DNA of 48,657 nucleotides, taken from the NCBI RefSeq assembly GCF_001194135.2, contig NC_068985.1, forward strand, positions 9,160,263-9,208,919, given 5' to 3'. This document shows positions 24,400 to 36,888 of the stretch, one piece after another. The DNA comes from Octopus bimaculoides (Eukaryota). A model generated the notes under the pieces. The model did not search any database. It saw only the letters and a list, made by a program, of their open reading frames with translations, and was not told where the DNA came from. The position numbers were made by a program, and so were the translations under genes. The number at the start of each line of letters is the position of its first letter. Position 1 is the first letter of the stretch.

Positions 24400-24849
24400 N
24401 NNNNNNNNNNNNNNNNNNNNNNNNNNNNNNNNNNNNNNNNNNNNNNNNNNNNNNNNNNNNNNNNNNNNNNNNNNNNNNNNNNNNNNNNNNNNNNNNNNNN
24501 NNNNNNNNNNNNNNNNNNNNNNNNNNNNNNNNNNNNNNNNNNNNNNNNNNNNNNNNNNNNNNNNNNNNNNNNNNNNNNNNNNNNNNNNNNNNNNNNNNNA
24601 TATATATATATATATATAATATCAAGGGTAATGAGAAATATTAGAAATTTCTACTACCAGTGGCCTAGCGTGTAGAAATTTAGTCCATAGACTATATATT
24701 ATTCATATAAATACAATGTACATTTAAATACATAAGAGGTATCCATCACAGGATTCCTTGCCCGCTAGAAAGAACAGTTAAGTTCCAAACCACTATTAGG
24801 GACAAAACTTCGAAGAGAACGAAAAATAAAACCATTTTCCATCTAGCTT

Positions 24850-24917
24850 CTGGACCGATGGTTTCTGACTTATTTTAGCAAATAAAATAATTTGCCAGAC
24901 GAAGTCTTCTTCAGCAG
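24850..24917 (-). ncRNA. Type I hammerhead-like motif with extended stem II
   Basis: Minus strand: CTG / CTGAAGA / A-GACT-(32 nt containing a GCAAAT-TATTTT-ATTTGC hairpin)-AGTC-A / GAAA-CC-ATC-GGT / C / CAG; intact CUGANGA, GAAA and GUC. Confidence 0.6.
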
Positions 24918-25691
24918 GTCTTCAAGAAGACACAGGCTGTATGACATATCGCAACACTCTTGGTGACGTCACAGCACCGATTCTGTTCACAACACTTGCT
25001 AACCCAAAAACTTCAACATGACACAAATAATTATCCCAAGAAATATACCTAATCCGTTTCCTCCCAAACAGAAAACAAAAATATAAACTGACAATAAAAA
25101 AAAAGACAGACAAAATCTCATGTTTCGAAAATAGATATTTAAGTTTTCATTTTTGTTTTCGTTTTTTTTTTCTTTGTTTATTCTTTGTTTTAGTATTTTG
25201 GTAAAGTTGGAGCGAAAGAGAAAAGAGTAGCTTTTCAAAAGTTACGCATCTGAATTCAATCAGCGATTTTTCGTCCTCAAGATTTGCATTCCTGTTTAAT
25301 ATACGGCCAAAATACTTGAAAGAAGTTTTACCATTTTAATTCATTTATTAAACAACAAGAACTTAACTGCCAATTCCCAATGGCTTTAATTCTTAGGTGT
25401 TGTAGACTACATGCTGCATTGAGTCTTTTCAATGTGTTAAGGATAAAGTTGAATGTAGCTACATCACCATTCCTATTTCTTGACCCCTATTATTTCCTTC
25501 TGCCGCTCTAAATTATAGTAGGCTTTAAGTAGTTTCCCCTCTAAATTCATTCTGCTACAATAATAGCAAAGAGAAGCAATGTAATTATTTTAGTCTCTAG
25601 TACTGATACAAAATTTGCTAAAAAATTATAATGTTGTATCCTTGAAACGGCCGTATTGCACAGATTCCTGGAATCCTTGCTACTTATTTGC

Positions 25692-25817
<126 letters not shown>

Positions 25818-25989
25818 CTCTCATATATACTCACATGCATATATGCACAACATACAGACATATAGATGCACATACATTGATATGTATATCCCAGCAGCCC
25901 TTGCTGTTGACGTCACCCAAAGTGAACAATATCATCGTTAACGGCAACGTGACCACAGTCCAATGACTCGAACTAGTACAAGGATAAAA

Positions 25990-26029
<40 letters not shown>

Positions 26030-26889
26030 AGAAACACAAGGGAACAAACGAAAATTTCAATCACAAAATGGGATGTTGCTAATTTGTCGTCAGTTATCGC
26101 CTAAAAGATCCTTACAATTTCACACTTTTAATGAGTGTATTCTTCCTTTTTGGCGGCATCAACAATGAGACCTCCCGGGAATAGCGAGCGAATGCGAGGG
26201 ACATTGAGGAAAACAAGAACGATACAAATGTTCTTAGAAAATAAAGTAAATTAATATACATTATAGAAACAAAATTAGGTCACGCGGCTCCAAGACGAAA
26301 CGAATGTGTGGGTAACGCACTGGAACGAGAATGTCCTATAGGACTGGAAACGGTAGAGAGGACAGGTGGGAAAACAGAACGAAAGGTGAAGAAATAAACC
26401 ATGCTGGAAGTAGACAGAAACGTGACGTATCGGGTCAACGGTCAGGCGAAAAAGGAAATGGAGGAGGAGAGATGAGAATGGTCACAGGTCACGTGGTAGT
26501 GAGAGGAGAGAGAGAAAGGGGGGTTGGAGGGTAGTTGGAAAGAGAGCAACAGAGAGGAAAGCTGTTGGGAGACGGAAGGAGAGAAGGAGAGAGAGAGAGA
26601 AAGAGAGAAGAAGGCAAAAGAGAGAAAAAGTGATACATACATACATACATACATACATACACTGGAAAAATTAGGGTTCTCAAAATCTGAAAGAAAAAGG
26701 CTGATTAGAAGACTACAGATTCAAGCCATCAATGGAACTGTAAAGATATGTAAAACTTTCCAAAAATTTAGCACATAAATACATATGCATGCATCTAGAC
26801 ATAAAAACGCATCCATAAAACAAACATACAAATCTGCGCATACACTAACACCAAATACTGCACACACACACATATGCACAAATACCTAG

Positions 26890-26985
26890 ATGATGTTGAT
26901 AAAAGTTCCAATGAAGGAGCCTTGAATCTATGTTAGAGTCCGGCTCTTTCTCTATGGACAAGAAATACAGAAATGAAACTGATTG
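26890..26985 (+). repeat. Short dispersed repeat, often with an (ATAC)n tail (other copies about 29060-29125 and 37720-37832, both minus)
   Basis: Shared TTCCAATGAAGGAGCC...GAAACCGG(C/T)TCTTTCTC motif in three places. Confidence 0.6.
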
Positions 26986-28023
26986 ATATACATACATACA
27001 TACATACATACATACATACATACATACATACATACATACATACGCGTATTCATATACAAATATATACATTTATATTTACTTTCGGACTGCACGTAAAGCA
27101 AACCAACAAGAATTGAATATTTGACTCTCGTTCGTTCAGTTCATTGCTTCTACGATGCTTTCTCTCATCACAACATTAACTATTCTGTACTTTGTGACCT
27201 TCAATCCTACACATTCCTTACGCCGATGACACCATATCTACCCTCCTCCCCTCCTATTTGAGACAGCTTTTTTATGCTTGTTGTGTCAACATCTGGTGCG
27301 ACAGCGTGTCTTTTTATAAGTGTAAGATTTGAACCTATTTTACAATGTGACCTTTACAAATCCATTATACATGACCTCTGATCAGTCATCAAAGATTTTA
27401 ATGAAACTAACATATAACAATGAGTATTCCGTACTCATAAAAACGATACTGTTTCAAAGTTCGAAGTTAGATAAATCCTACATTTAGAACTGCTATTAAA
27501 TTCTTTTGAAGAACCCTTTATTTCCCGCAAATGCAAGGTTTTCTTACAAAGTTTGGGTTTTCATGACACGAATGTTATTTTGTTTTCGTGTAGTTACTAA
27601 ACGCTTATAGGAGACAAATGCGCCATGTCGTGAACGACAGCTTAAGAATTTGATCGGCGCCTCTAAAGCAAATAGAAATTACAAATTATGACATTTACAG
27701 AAAAGTGAGCGCTTACATTGTTTGATCAACTAAATCCATTTAATTACTGGAGGGATATATGTTGGTAAATACTTAAATCAACCAAAACAAGGGCGAGAGC
27801 TTAAAACTGAGATAATTTTGATGATAGAATTACGAACCGAAATCCCATTTAAATCAAATTGCAGACAGATCGAAATGGCAAAAAGTAGAACAATCTGATC
27901 TTTGAAGAAGACAGTGACAACATTGGACATACTCGTTCTCATTGAAGCTCTTCAGTAAAGTATAATCATTCACGTGTCCCTCAGACCGATAGATAAAAAT
28001 GAATATTTAGACATTGCAGAGTA

Positions 28024-28485
28024 CAGTAATCACTCACCATATCGCGGTTCACCTATCTCGCACTCAGTACAACGCGGATCTTTCTCCCTAATATATGTAA
28101 ATTTATATCACGGGTTTCTGCGGCTGATAGGTATTTATATTTTCTTAGATTGTAATTATTTCTGTAGTTTTATTTCACGCCTAAAAATTAATAAATAAAA
28201 ATACAGTGCAATACTGCACTGTATAACGCATTAATTGAAATATATCAAAACAAATACGTAGTGTGCCTTAGATGAGTACACAAAGAATCACACATGCTGT
28301 ATGGAAATCGAAACTCGAGAGGCGAGTGTATGGTGCTGTCTTGCATCTATAATAAAATAAATATATACAAACTATTAAAATAATTTTTTTTAAATATACA
28401 GTACAGTACTGCTTCTACTCTGCGGATTTTCCCCTATCGAGTGGGGTCTTGGAACGTAACACCCGTTATAGTCGAGGGATTAGTG
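28024..28485 (+). mobile_element. pogo/Tigger-like MITE
   Basis: TA|CAGTAATCACTCACCATATCGCGG...TCGAGGGATTAGTG|TA; imperfect TIRs, TA TSD, two homologues in the window. Confidence 0.85.
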
Positions 28486-28859
28486 TATAAGTACATTTAC
28501 TAGTATGATGATACATGCCTACGTGAGAGCTTCTTCCTGTAGGAGAGCTTCACAAGTGAGACTATATTTAATAATGTAACCTTAGAGGAGGGTTTGTTTT
28601 CTTCATTGTTGTATCGAGTGGTCGATCGATTCCTTTAAGTTTTTCTTTTACTTCATTGATATAAGAGGCAAAATAAGCAATTAGTAAGATTGGTAAGACA
28701 CTGAAATTCGTTTTAGAATTATTGACCGTACGAAATTCTAAATCTGTCATCTTGGCTTGGAGATATATGTATATATATATATATATATATAATACTATAT
28801 TAATTATTATATACATAATTATAACAAGGGATTGGCAATATACCTCTCTTCACTTATAG

Positions 28860-29010
28860 AGTTTTATTGAAATCCAATTAGCCTATAATTGAACTGGATG
28901 TTCGTTTAACATGTATGCAAAGTTTTGTCAAGATCGGTTCACTAGTGTAGGCAGCAAGATGGTAACAGTCAGATCGACAGACAGAAATTGCTATTTATGT
29001 ATAAGATATA
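28860..29010 (+). mobile_element. Possible Helentron-associated (DINE-1/HINE-like) fragment
   Basis: AAGTTTTGTCAAGATCGGTTCACTAGTG...ACAGACAGAAATTGCTATTTATGTATAAGAT resembles the 3' part of such elements; pattern only. Confidence 0.35.
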
Positions 29011-29394
29011 TGCATATATGTACGTACGAATGTAAGTTTCTTTTGTTTTTAAACATTTAAATTCTTTCCTTGAAGAAGGAGCTGGTTTCAAACAAAAATA
29101 CGAAGCTCCATCATTGGAAGGTAGATAATGAAAACAACGTCACATTTTAAACCTGAGGAAAGTCTTGCATAGTTTTACCGTTCCGCTTACAGATTGTATT
29201 TATAATGTGCGAATCTGTTGGTTGATTTCTTTTCATGAAAATCCAAGTCTATCCACACGGACAGTCGGGTATTTACTTAGAAAACCAAGTACTCCAATTG
29301 TTATTGGTTTAAATATAAATTTGTAATCCGGATATTGAAGCCTGAGGTCTTGAAGTAGTTATCTTCTTTCTCTTTGATTTTCAAAGAGATCTTG

Positions 29395-29428
<34 letters not shown>

Positions 29429-29429
29429 T

Positions 29430-29660
29430 ATAAGAAGGTCATTGATAAAGTTCGTGAAAAACTGATTGTCAATTTATGTCGTGGATTCAGAAAGACATTT
29501 ATCTTGATCAAACGTTCCTATAACATTTGAGAATGTCGGCAGCGTGTCGAAACTGTTCTGCATACCAATCGGATAATTTCAGGTCATTTATAGAGAAACT
29601 ATGTGACAGACTGGTGCTTCCTTCTTCCGGTAAGTCAGCTATGTATCCTCCTTATTTCCT
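29430..29660 (-). mobile_element. Possible mariner 3' end relic
   Basis: TAAGAAGGTCATTGATAAAGTTC is TIR-like; minus-strand WYAEQF...KC resembles mariner C-termini; heavily decayed. Confidence 0.3.
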
Positions 29661-29713
29661 AAATAAAAAGGAATGTATACATGTTTATCTGAATGTTTGT
29701 ACGTATGTGTATG

Positions 29714-29753
<40 letters not shown>

Positions 29754-29762
29754 TATATATAC

Positions 29763-29840
<78 letters not shown>

Positions 29841-29949
29841 TTGATTGCATGTAGGCATGTGTTTGTATATGTGTACATATGTATGTATATGCATGTACGT
29901 ATATGCGTATGTAAGCATGTATGTATGTACGTATATACACATATAAATA

Positions 29950-29992
<43 letters not shown>

Positions 29993-30880
29993 TATATATA
30001 TATTTACATATACATATGCATATATGGTTACAGGTCGTCACCAACAGTAAACAACATGAAATACGAAAACAAATGAGTTCAATATGCAAACAACGAAAGA
30101 AACAAATGGAAAACAGGACAAGTAACACAAAGAACGACCTTTCACCAGTTGTCGGCTGTCTATCTACTCCTCATTTCGAGCATTGAACGACAATATGTGT
30201 CTTCGAAGACAGTTGCTCCCAGGAGTACCAACGAGAGAGAGAAACGAAGAAAGAGGAGGAGAGAAAGATAGAAACGGTGAAGGGGAAAAAAGGGATTTAG
30301 AGAAAAGGATGAGAGAGAAAATGATGGGGGATATATATTGAGAAAAAAGGTCACCTGAATTTTGGAAAAAAACCTGTTTTATTTATTCATTATCGTTAGC
30401 GATTTCGTTCGTTTCTCGAACATGTCAAATAGAATTTTGTGAATGTACAAATAGCTTGTTCGTGTATATAAAACCGATGTTTTGGGGGGTTTTGTTTCGA
30501 AGAGGAGAACATTGTTTTTGGTTTTTTTTTTTTTTGGTGGATGAGGTTCCATGACAATGGGGATAGATAGATAGAAATATAGGTAGGTAGATAGACTGAT
30601 AGATAGATAGAGAGAGGAGAGAGAGAGAGAGGGAGAGAGAGAGGAGAAGGGAATCACTTTTCTATTCACCACTCTATTCATTCATTTAATCATTTACCAT
30701 TGTATTGAAATGGGTTTAAGGATGCTGACCTCTTCAAGAAAACAAAAATGTGCGGTGTGGTCATCACTGAAGGTCTTTTTTCTTTCTTTCTCTTTTCCCT
30801 CTTCTACCCTTCTTTCTTTTTCTTTTTTCTTTTTGTCTCCTCTTTCCTTCTTTTTTCCTCTCTCTTTTTCTCCTCTTTCA

Positions 30881-31415
30881 GTTATATTTAGAATACAAAA
30901 CGTACTGTCTCCGTTTCTCTTTCAAACATTCAATTTTGGAGAGAAGTTTTTGATGAAATGTTGTTCTGAATATTTACAGAGATGAGCATTATGTTTCCAA
31001 TATTTGAGTTATATTGTAGAATACAAAATATACTGTCTCGGCTTTTCTTTCAAACATTTAAGTTTGGAGAGAATTTTTTGATGAAACGTAGTTCCATTGC
31101 TTTTCGATATTGCGGATCTTTCCGTTTACATTTGTAAAAGGGGAAAATTTTGAATTTTCCGTCACTGCATATTTCCAGATGCTTACTTAATGGAAACTTG
31201 CGTAATTCTTCTTGCCGGATATGCTGCCTGTGGATTCTTGCTCGTTGGCAGAGGGAATTATTCGTTTCGGCAATGTAATTTTCTTTGCAGTTTGGGCAGG
31301 TAATGCAGTATATGAGGTTTTGTGTTTTGCAGTTCATATCTGCATTTATTTTGAAAAGGAATCCGCTCTTGAATTTTATGTGGGAACCACTTTCTAAGTA
31401 TTTAAAGTTGTTGTT

Positions 31416-31446
<31 letters not shown>

Positions 31447-32130
31447 CATGTTCCATATCTCCTATCTCCACATTTTTTTACTAAGAATTTTGATTCATTC
31501 TCTGATTTGAATTCTGCCCTTGTGAGGTGTTTTTTAAGATTTTTTGGTTGGTGTCTGCTATTCCGTGTCTATATACCCGTCTAAATATTTGTCCTTTCCC
31601 TTGTAGGGGGGTGAAGTGGAATTTATTTCTGACAATTGATTCATCATTTGGATCCTTATTGCTGACGAATTCTAAAAGTCGGAGGTGGCGGTAGAAGTGT
31701 TCAATATCACATTTCAGTTCAATGAGATTAGGGGTGGGTGTCGGGGTAAACTTGAAACCTTTTAATTGGAGATTCATCTCATTCTCGTTGAGGTTCCTAT
31801 TTGACAAATTTATGATCTTTGGGTCTATATATTGTGTGTGTTCATTTAAATTTTGTGTATTATCGGGAATTGTATTACCATATCTCCATTTTCTGATCTC
31901 GGTGGTCTGGTTTCCATGTAGGCGGGAGGAAGGTTCGTGTCCTTTCTGTGAATTCCGTTTGTTATATGATTTGTTTTCTTCCCATCTTCCATGCTTTTTT
32001 CGCCATTCAGGATATATGGGATTTTTGGTCGTAAATCGTGGGTTGCTCGTGTTATCATGATTATTACTCCTATTATAGTACCTGTGCTGTCTGCATTTTG
32101 TTTCTTTCTTCCCATGTATTCATCCATCTT
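30881..32130 (-). mobile_element. Penelope-like element: N-terminal region joined to GIY-YIG endonuclease, RT core absent
   Basis: INLSNRNLNENEMNLQLKGFKFTPTP..LIELKCDIEHFYRHLRLLEF (31830-31680), then QPKNLKKHLTRAEF..VKKCGDRRYGTC, then MNCKTQNLIYCITCPNCKENYIAET..RARIHRQH..E..FIKKFSPNLN; no RT motifs between them. Confidence 0.9.
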
Positions 32131-32784
32131 GGGTACATGTTATTACGGGTTGGTGGTTGTCTGTATGTTATTCGTTTTTCTTCCTATGTATGTATGTATG
32201 TATGTATGTATGTATGTTTGTATGTATGTATGTATGGATGGATGGATGGATGAATGTATGTATGTTTGAATGTATGCACGTGTGTGTATAAATGTGTGTA
32301 TGTATGTATGTATGTATGTATGAATGTATGCACGTGTGTGTATAAATGTGTGTATGTATGTATGTATGTATGTATGTATATATATGTATGTGTGTGTATA
32401 AATGTATGTATGAATGTATGTATGCATGAATCTATGTACGTGTGTGTATAAATGTATGTATGTATGAATATATGTACGTGTGTGTTTAAATGTATGTAAG
32501 AATGTATGTACGTGTGTGTATATGTATGTATGTATGTATGTATGTATGCATGAATGTATGTGTGTACTATTTTAGGATTTATGTATGTATGGATATGTAT
32601 ACATACATGCACACGTATGGAGGAATTTCATTTGTATTCTGCTGTTAAATAAACTCTTCCAAGTTCTGATGCACTGAAGGCAACAACAGGAAGCGAAAAC
32701 TCGTACTAAATAAATAATTGAAAGTTTTATACATTCTTGAGGTGAACGATGAACCAAATTCAAAATAATAATAGTAATAATAAT

Positions 32785-32993
32785 CGTTTCTACTGTAGGC
32801 ACAAGGCCTGAAATTTGCAGGAAGGGGACTAATCGATCACATCGATCCCGGTGTTTCACTGCTACTTAATTTATCGACCCCCGAAAGGATGAAAGGCGAA
32901 GTTGAACTCGGCGGAATTTGAACCCAGAATATAGCGACGGGCGAATTACCATTAAGCTTTTTGTCCGGCGCGCTAATGATTCAGCCAGCTCGC

Positions 32994-33049
<56 letters not shown>

Positions 33050-33189
33050 TAATAATAATAATAATAATAATAACAACAACAATAATAATAATAATGGTTT
33101 CAAATTTTGTCACAAGATCAGCTTTTTGGGGGCAATATCGTTAAGCATTTCGTCCGGCGCGGTAATGATTGTACCAGCTCGCCGCCTTG

Positions 33190-33190
<1 letters not shown>
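32785..33190 (-). mobile_element. Two SINE family 3 pieces separated by (AAT)n
   Basis: 32785-32992 near full length and about 33100-33190 head; each head abuts an (AAT)n tract. Confidence 0.8.
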
Positions 33191-33223
<33 letters not shown>

Positions 33224-33404
33224 NNNNNNNNNNNNNNNNNNNNNNNNNNNNNNNNNNNNNNNNNNNNNNNNNNNNNNNNNNNNNNNNNNNNNNNNNNNNN
33301 NNNNNNNNNNNNNNNNNNNNNNNGTATATATGTGTGTGTATATATATTTATGTGTGTATCTTTGTTCCCCACCACCTCTTAACAAACAGGAGTTGATTTG
33401 CTTA

Positions 33405-33550
33405 CGTTGACGCAGATAGCGGTTCGGCAAAAAATACCGACAGAAAAAGTACCAGGTTTGAAAACAAAAAGTACCTGGGTTGATTTGTTCGACAAAATCC
33501 TTGAAAGCCGTGCGCAAGCAGGACTGCAGTCCAATGACTGAAACAACTAA
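33405..33550 (+). mobile_element. SINE family 1, 3' tail fragment
   Basis: TAGCGGTTCGGCAAAA...AAGTACCAGG...GCAGTCCAATGACTGAAACAA is the reverse complement of 48365-48490. Confidence 0.7.
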
Positions 33551-33636
33551 ACGATAAAAGATGTTATTAACATTTCATTTTTCACTAGAAGTTTACTCAT
33601 ACAAATGTCTACTCGTCGTCCAACCTAAAATCCGTA

Positions 33637-33926
33637 ACTTGAGCCGCAATCCTGTGATTTTTTATTGTTTATACTAACCCAGTTCTATTGGAAGAGGCAG
33701 GACGTCTTAAAGCAATTTCAAAATTATTCTGTTATTATTCACTTTGCCAAGAGATGTAGGTGGTAGAATAATCAGAATATCGGTCAAAATTTCTTGCGAA
33801 TTTTCTTTCGGTTATTCTAAGGGAATAATAACAAAATAATTTTGAAATTGCTTTAAGACGTCCTGCCTCTTCCAATAGAACTGGGTTAGTATAAACAATT
33901 AAAAATCACAGGATTGCGGCTCAAGT
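33637..33926. mobile_element. Near-perfect 104-bp inverted repeat element (MITE/fold-back)
   Basis: 33637-33740 vs reverse complement of 33823-33926: 102/104 identical; 82-nt spacer. Confidence 0.88.
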
Positions 33927-34019
33927 CAAAAACTGGAATAGATTTAACCAATTAAATTTATTCTCTTCAATAAAAATGTCTGTTTTTGTACCAAAGTTAG
34001 AAAGCGTTATTAATATTGA

Positions 34020-34560
34020 ATTCAAATTTTGGGACAAGACCAGCAAATTTGGGGGAAAGGCTAAGTCGTTTGTATCGACACCTGTGCTAAACTAGTATTT
34101 ATTTTATCGATCTCCAAAGAATGATGGGCAAAGTCGACTCCAGCAGAAGAAGCATTTGCTAATATTAAAACACGTCTGAAAGCAACGAACTGGCAGAGTC
34201 GTCAGGCCGCCGAGCACAACGCTTTCCGTTTTGAGTTCAAATTCTGCCGAGGTCCTCTTAGTCTTTCATTTTTTCGGGGTCGATCACCAGTTGGGCCCTG
34301 GAGTCGATATAAATGACCTCGAAATTTTCTGGTCTTGGGCCAAAATTTGAAATTGAAATTAATATTACTATACATGAATTCGGCGAGCTGGCAAAATTGT
34401 TACTTTGCCAGACAAAAAGCTGAGCGATATTTCTCCCAGCTTTATATTGTCAGTTCAAATACCGTTGAGGTCGACTTTCCCTTTCATCCTTTTGAGATCG
34501 ATGTAATCCACTATCCCCCACCTCCATCCGAAAATTTTTGGCTTTTTGCCAAAATTTGGA
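34020..34560. mobile_element. Cluster of three decayed SINE family 3 copies (-, +, +)
   Basis: About 34020-34150 minus; 34180-34350 and 34375-34560 plus, each with GAGCTGGCA / GTTCAAAT / CTTTCATCCTTT.GGGTCGAT remnants. Confidence 0.7.
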
Positions 34561-34738
34561 ATCAACATTAATACATATGATTTAGTCGTCACATTCATAG
34601 ACAAGAACGAAGACAAATATGTACACTCACACACTAATATATGTATGTATATACGTACGTGTCAATGAAAGCAACTAACTCCCACCCCTCAAAATGTATT
34701 TGTGCCTAAATCAGAACCGCTTACTGTTGTTGATCATG

Positions 34739-35034
34739 TATTAGCTATTTTCGTTTTTGTAGAGTGGGGCTCAATGCAGCTTTGTGCTGTCCCCTCTGTG
34801 TTAGGGCCATAGTGCCTAATAAAGAATCGGTATTAGCTATTTTCGTTTTCGTAGAGTGGGGCTCAATGCAGCCTTGTGCTGTCCCCTCTGTGTTAGGGCC
34901 ATAGTGCCTAATAAAGAATCGGTATTAGCTATCTTCGTTTTCGTAGAGTGGGGCTCAATGCAGCTTTGTGCTGTCCCCTCTGTGTTAGGGCCATAGTGCC
35001 TAATAAAGAATCGGTATTAGCTATTTTCGTTTTC
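34739..35034. repeat. 92-bp minisatellite, about 3.2 copies
   Basis: Units start at 34739, 34831, 34923 and 35015; near identical. Confidence 0.95.
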
Positions 35035-35344
35035 ATTGTTGTCTATTTCATTTCGGATCAAATTGTGTTATTGTTGTTGTTGTTATTCAACCGGTTACTC
35101 ATTATTCTATATCATGCGTCTACAGGTGACGTGTAGTCCAATGCAATTTCTTGCATTGTTGTGTTGAGACTAAACTGCAATTTCCTCATGCTAGCCTAAG
35201 AAGATTTTATTAGAATCCGAACGGTTGTGGTGAAATCCTGACACCCCTGTGGAATAAAAAGTCAACTGTCCTAAACCGTATTAAGGCGCATGCACACTTT
35301 CAGGGAAACGAGAGCAGATACGAACAAAGACAAAATACATTACA

Positions 35345-36430
35345 AACCCAGACAGCAAAATGGAAAAAGTTACCCCTAAAAAGAACAGTGAATATACAAC
35401 ACAAGTAACACACAGCAAGGACAAAGAGACAAAAATGAACAGATTCAAACGCAGACAAAAATATTACAAACACAGACAACAGAAAAAAGTTACCCCTAAA
35501 AAGAACAGTGAATATACAACACGAGCAACACACAGCAAGGACAAAGAGACAAAAATGAACAGATTCAAACGCAGACAAAAATATTACAAACACAGACAAC
35601 AGAAAAAAGTTACCCCTAAAAAGNNNNNNNNNNNNNNNNNNNNNNNNNNNNNNNNNNNNNNNNNNNNNNNNNNNNNNNNNNNNNNNNNNNNNNNNNNNNN
35701 NNNNNNNNNNNNNNNNNNNNNNNNNNNNNNNNNNNNNNNNNNNNNNNNNNNNNNNNNNNNNNNNNNNNNNNNNNNNNNNNNNNNNNNNNNNNNNNNNNNN
35801 NNNNNNNNNNNNNNNNNNNNNNNNNNNNNNNNNNNNNNNNNNNNNNNNNNNNNNNNNNNNNNNNNNNNNNNNNNNNNNNNNNNNNNNNNNNNNNNNNNNN
35901 NNNNNNNNNNNNNNNNNNNNNNNNNNNNNNNNNNNNNNNNNNNNNNNNNNNNNNNNNNNNNNNNNNNNNNNNNNNNNNNNNNNNNNNNNNNNNNNNNNNN
36001 NNNNNNNNNNNNNNNNNNNNNNNNNNNNNNNNNNNNNNNNNNNNNNNNNNNNNNNNNNNNNNNNNNNNNNNNNNNNNNNNNNNNNNNNNNNNNNNNNNNN
36101 NNNNNNNNNNNNNNNNNNNNNNNNNNNNNNNNNNNNNNNNNNNNNNNNNNNNNNNNNNNNNNNNNNNNNNNNNNNNNNNNNNNNNNNNNNNNNNNNNNNN
36201 NNNNNNCAAGTAACACACAGCAAGGACAAAGAGACAAAAATGAACAGATTCAAACGCAGACAAAAATATTACAAACACAGACAACAGAAAAAAGTTACCC
36301 CTAAAAAGAACAGTGAATATGCAACATACAGCAAGGACAAAGAGACAAAAATATTACAAACACAGACAACAGAAAAAAGTTACCCCTAAAAAGAACAGTG
36401 AATATACAACACGAGCAACACACAGCAAGA
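35345..36430. repeat. 120-bp minisatellite spanning a gap
   Basis: AAAAGTTACCCCTAAAAAG recurs at a 120-bp period (about 35365, 35485, 35605) and after the gap, with one 90-bp deleted unit. Confidence 0.93.
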
Positions 36431-36699
36431 ACAGAGACAAGAATAAGGTAACTGTTTAAAAACTCTTTCTAAAAATGTTCAATGACGTTATCTGGAGTGT
36501 GGGGTTCGAGTCGCTGTCGTTCCACCTTTTCATTTATCATTGCCATTCTTTTCATTCTTCCTCACTTTTGTGCTTTATCTATCCTTGCTTGTCTCCTCCA
36601 TGGCAGGCCCTGGGTGACCAATAAAGAAATACAGTGTGGTGTGTGCCGGCGCTTTTTGAAGATAGTCGTAGAAATCGTTGAGAAGGGATATTTATTTCT

Positions 36700-36888
36700 T
36701 TATTGCTCACATGAGGCTAAACGTAGAGGAGACAAACAAGGACAGATAAAGGGATTAAGTCGATTACATCGACCCCAGTGCGTAACTGGTACTTAATTTA
36801 TCGACCCGGAAAGGATGAAAGGCAAAGTCGACCTCGGCGGAATTTGAACTCAGAACGTGGAGACAGACGTTTCTGCCAGCTCGCTCCC
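36700..36888 (-). mobile_element. SINE family 3
   Basis: Reverse complement of 13543-13780 with a deletion in the head. Confidence 0.85.

Noticed and set aside
26900-26950. CCAATGAAGGAGCC...GAAACCGG family as a hammerhead
   Set aside because: The core deviates at two invariant positions, and the best pairing (AAGGAGCC/GGCTCTTT) encloses the GAAA, which is the wrong topology.
34739-36430. Regularly spaced repeats as a CRISPR array
   Set aside because: The units are identical end to end with no unique spacers, there are no cas genes, and the DNA is eukaryotic.
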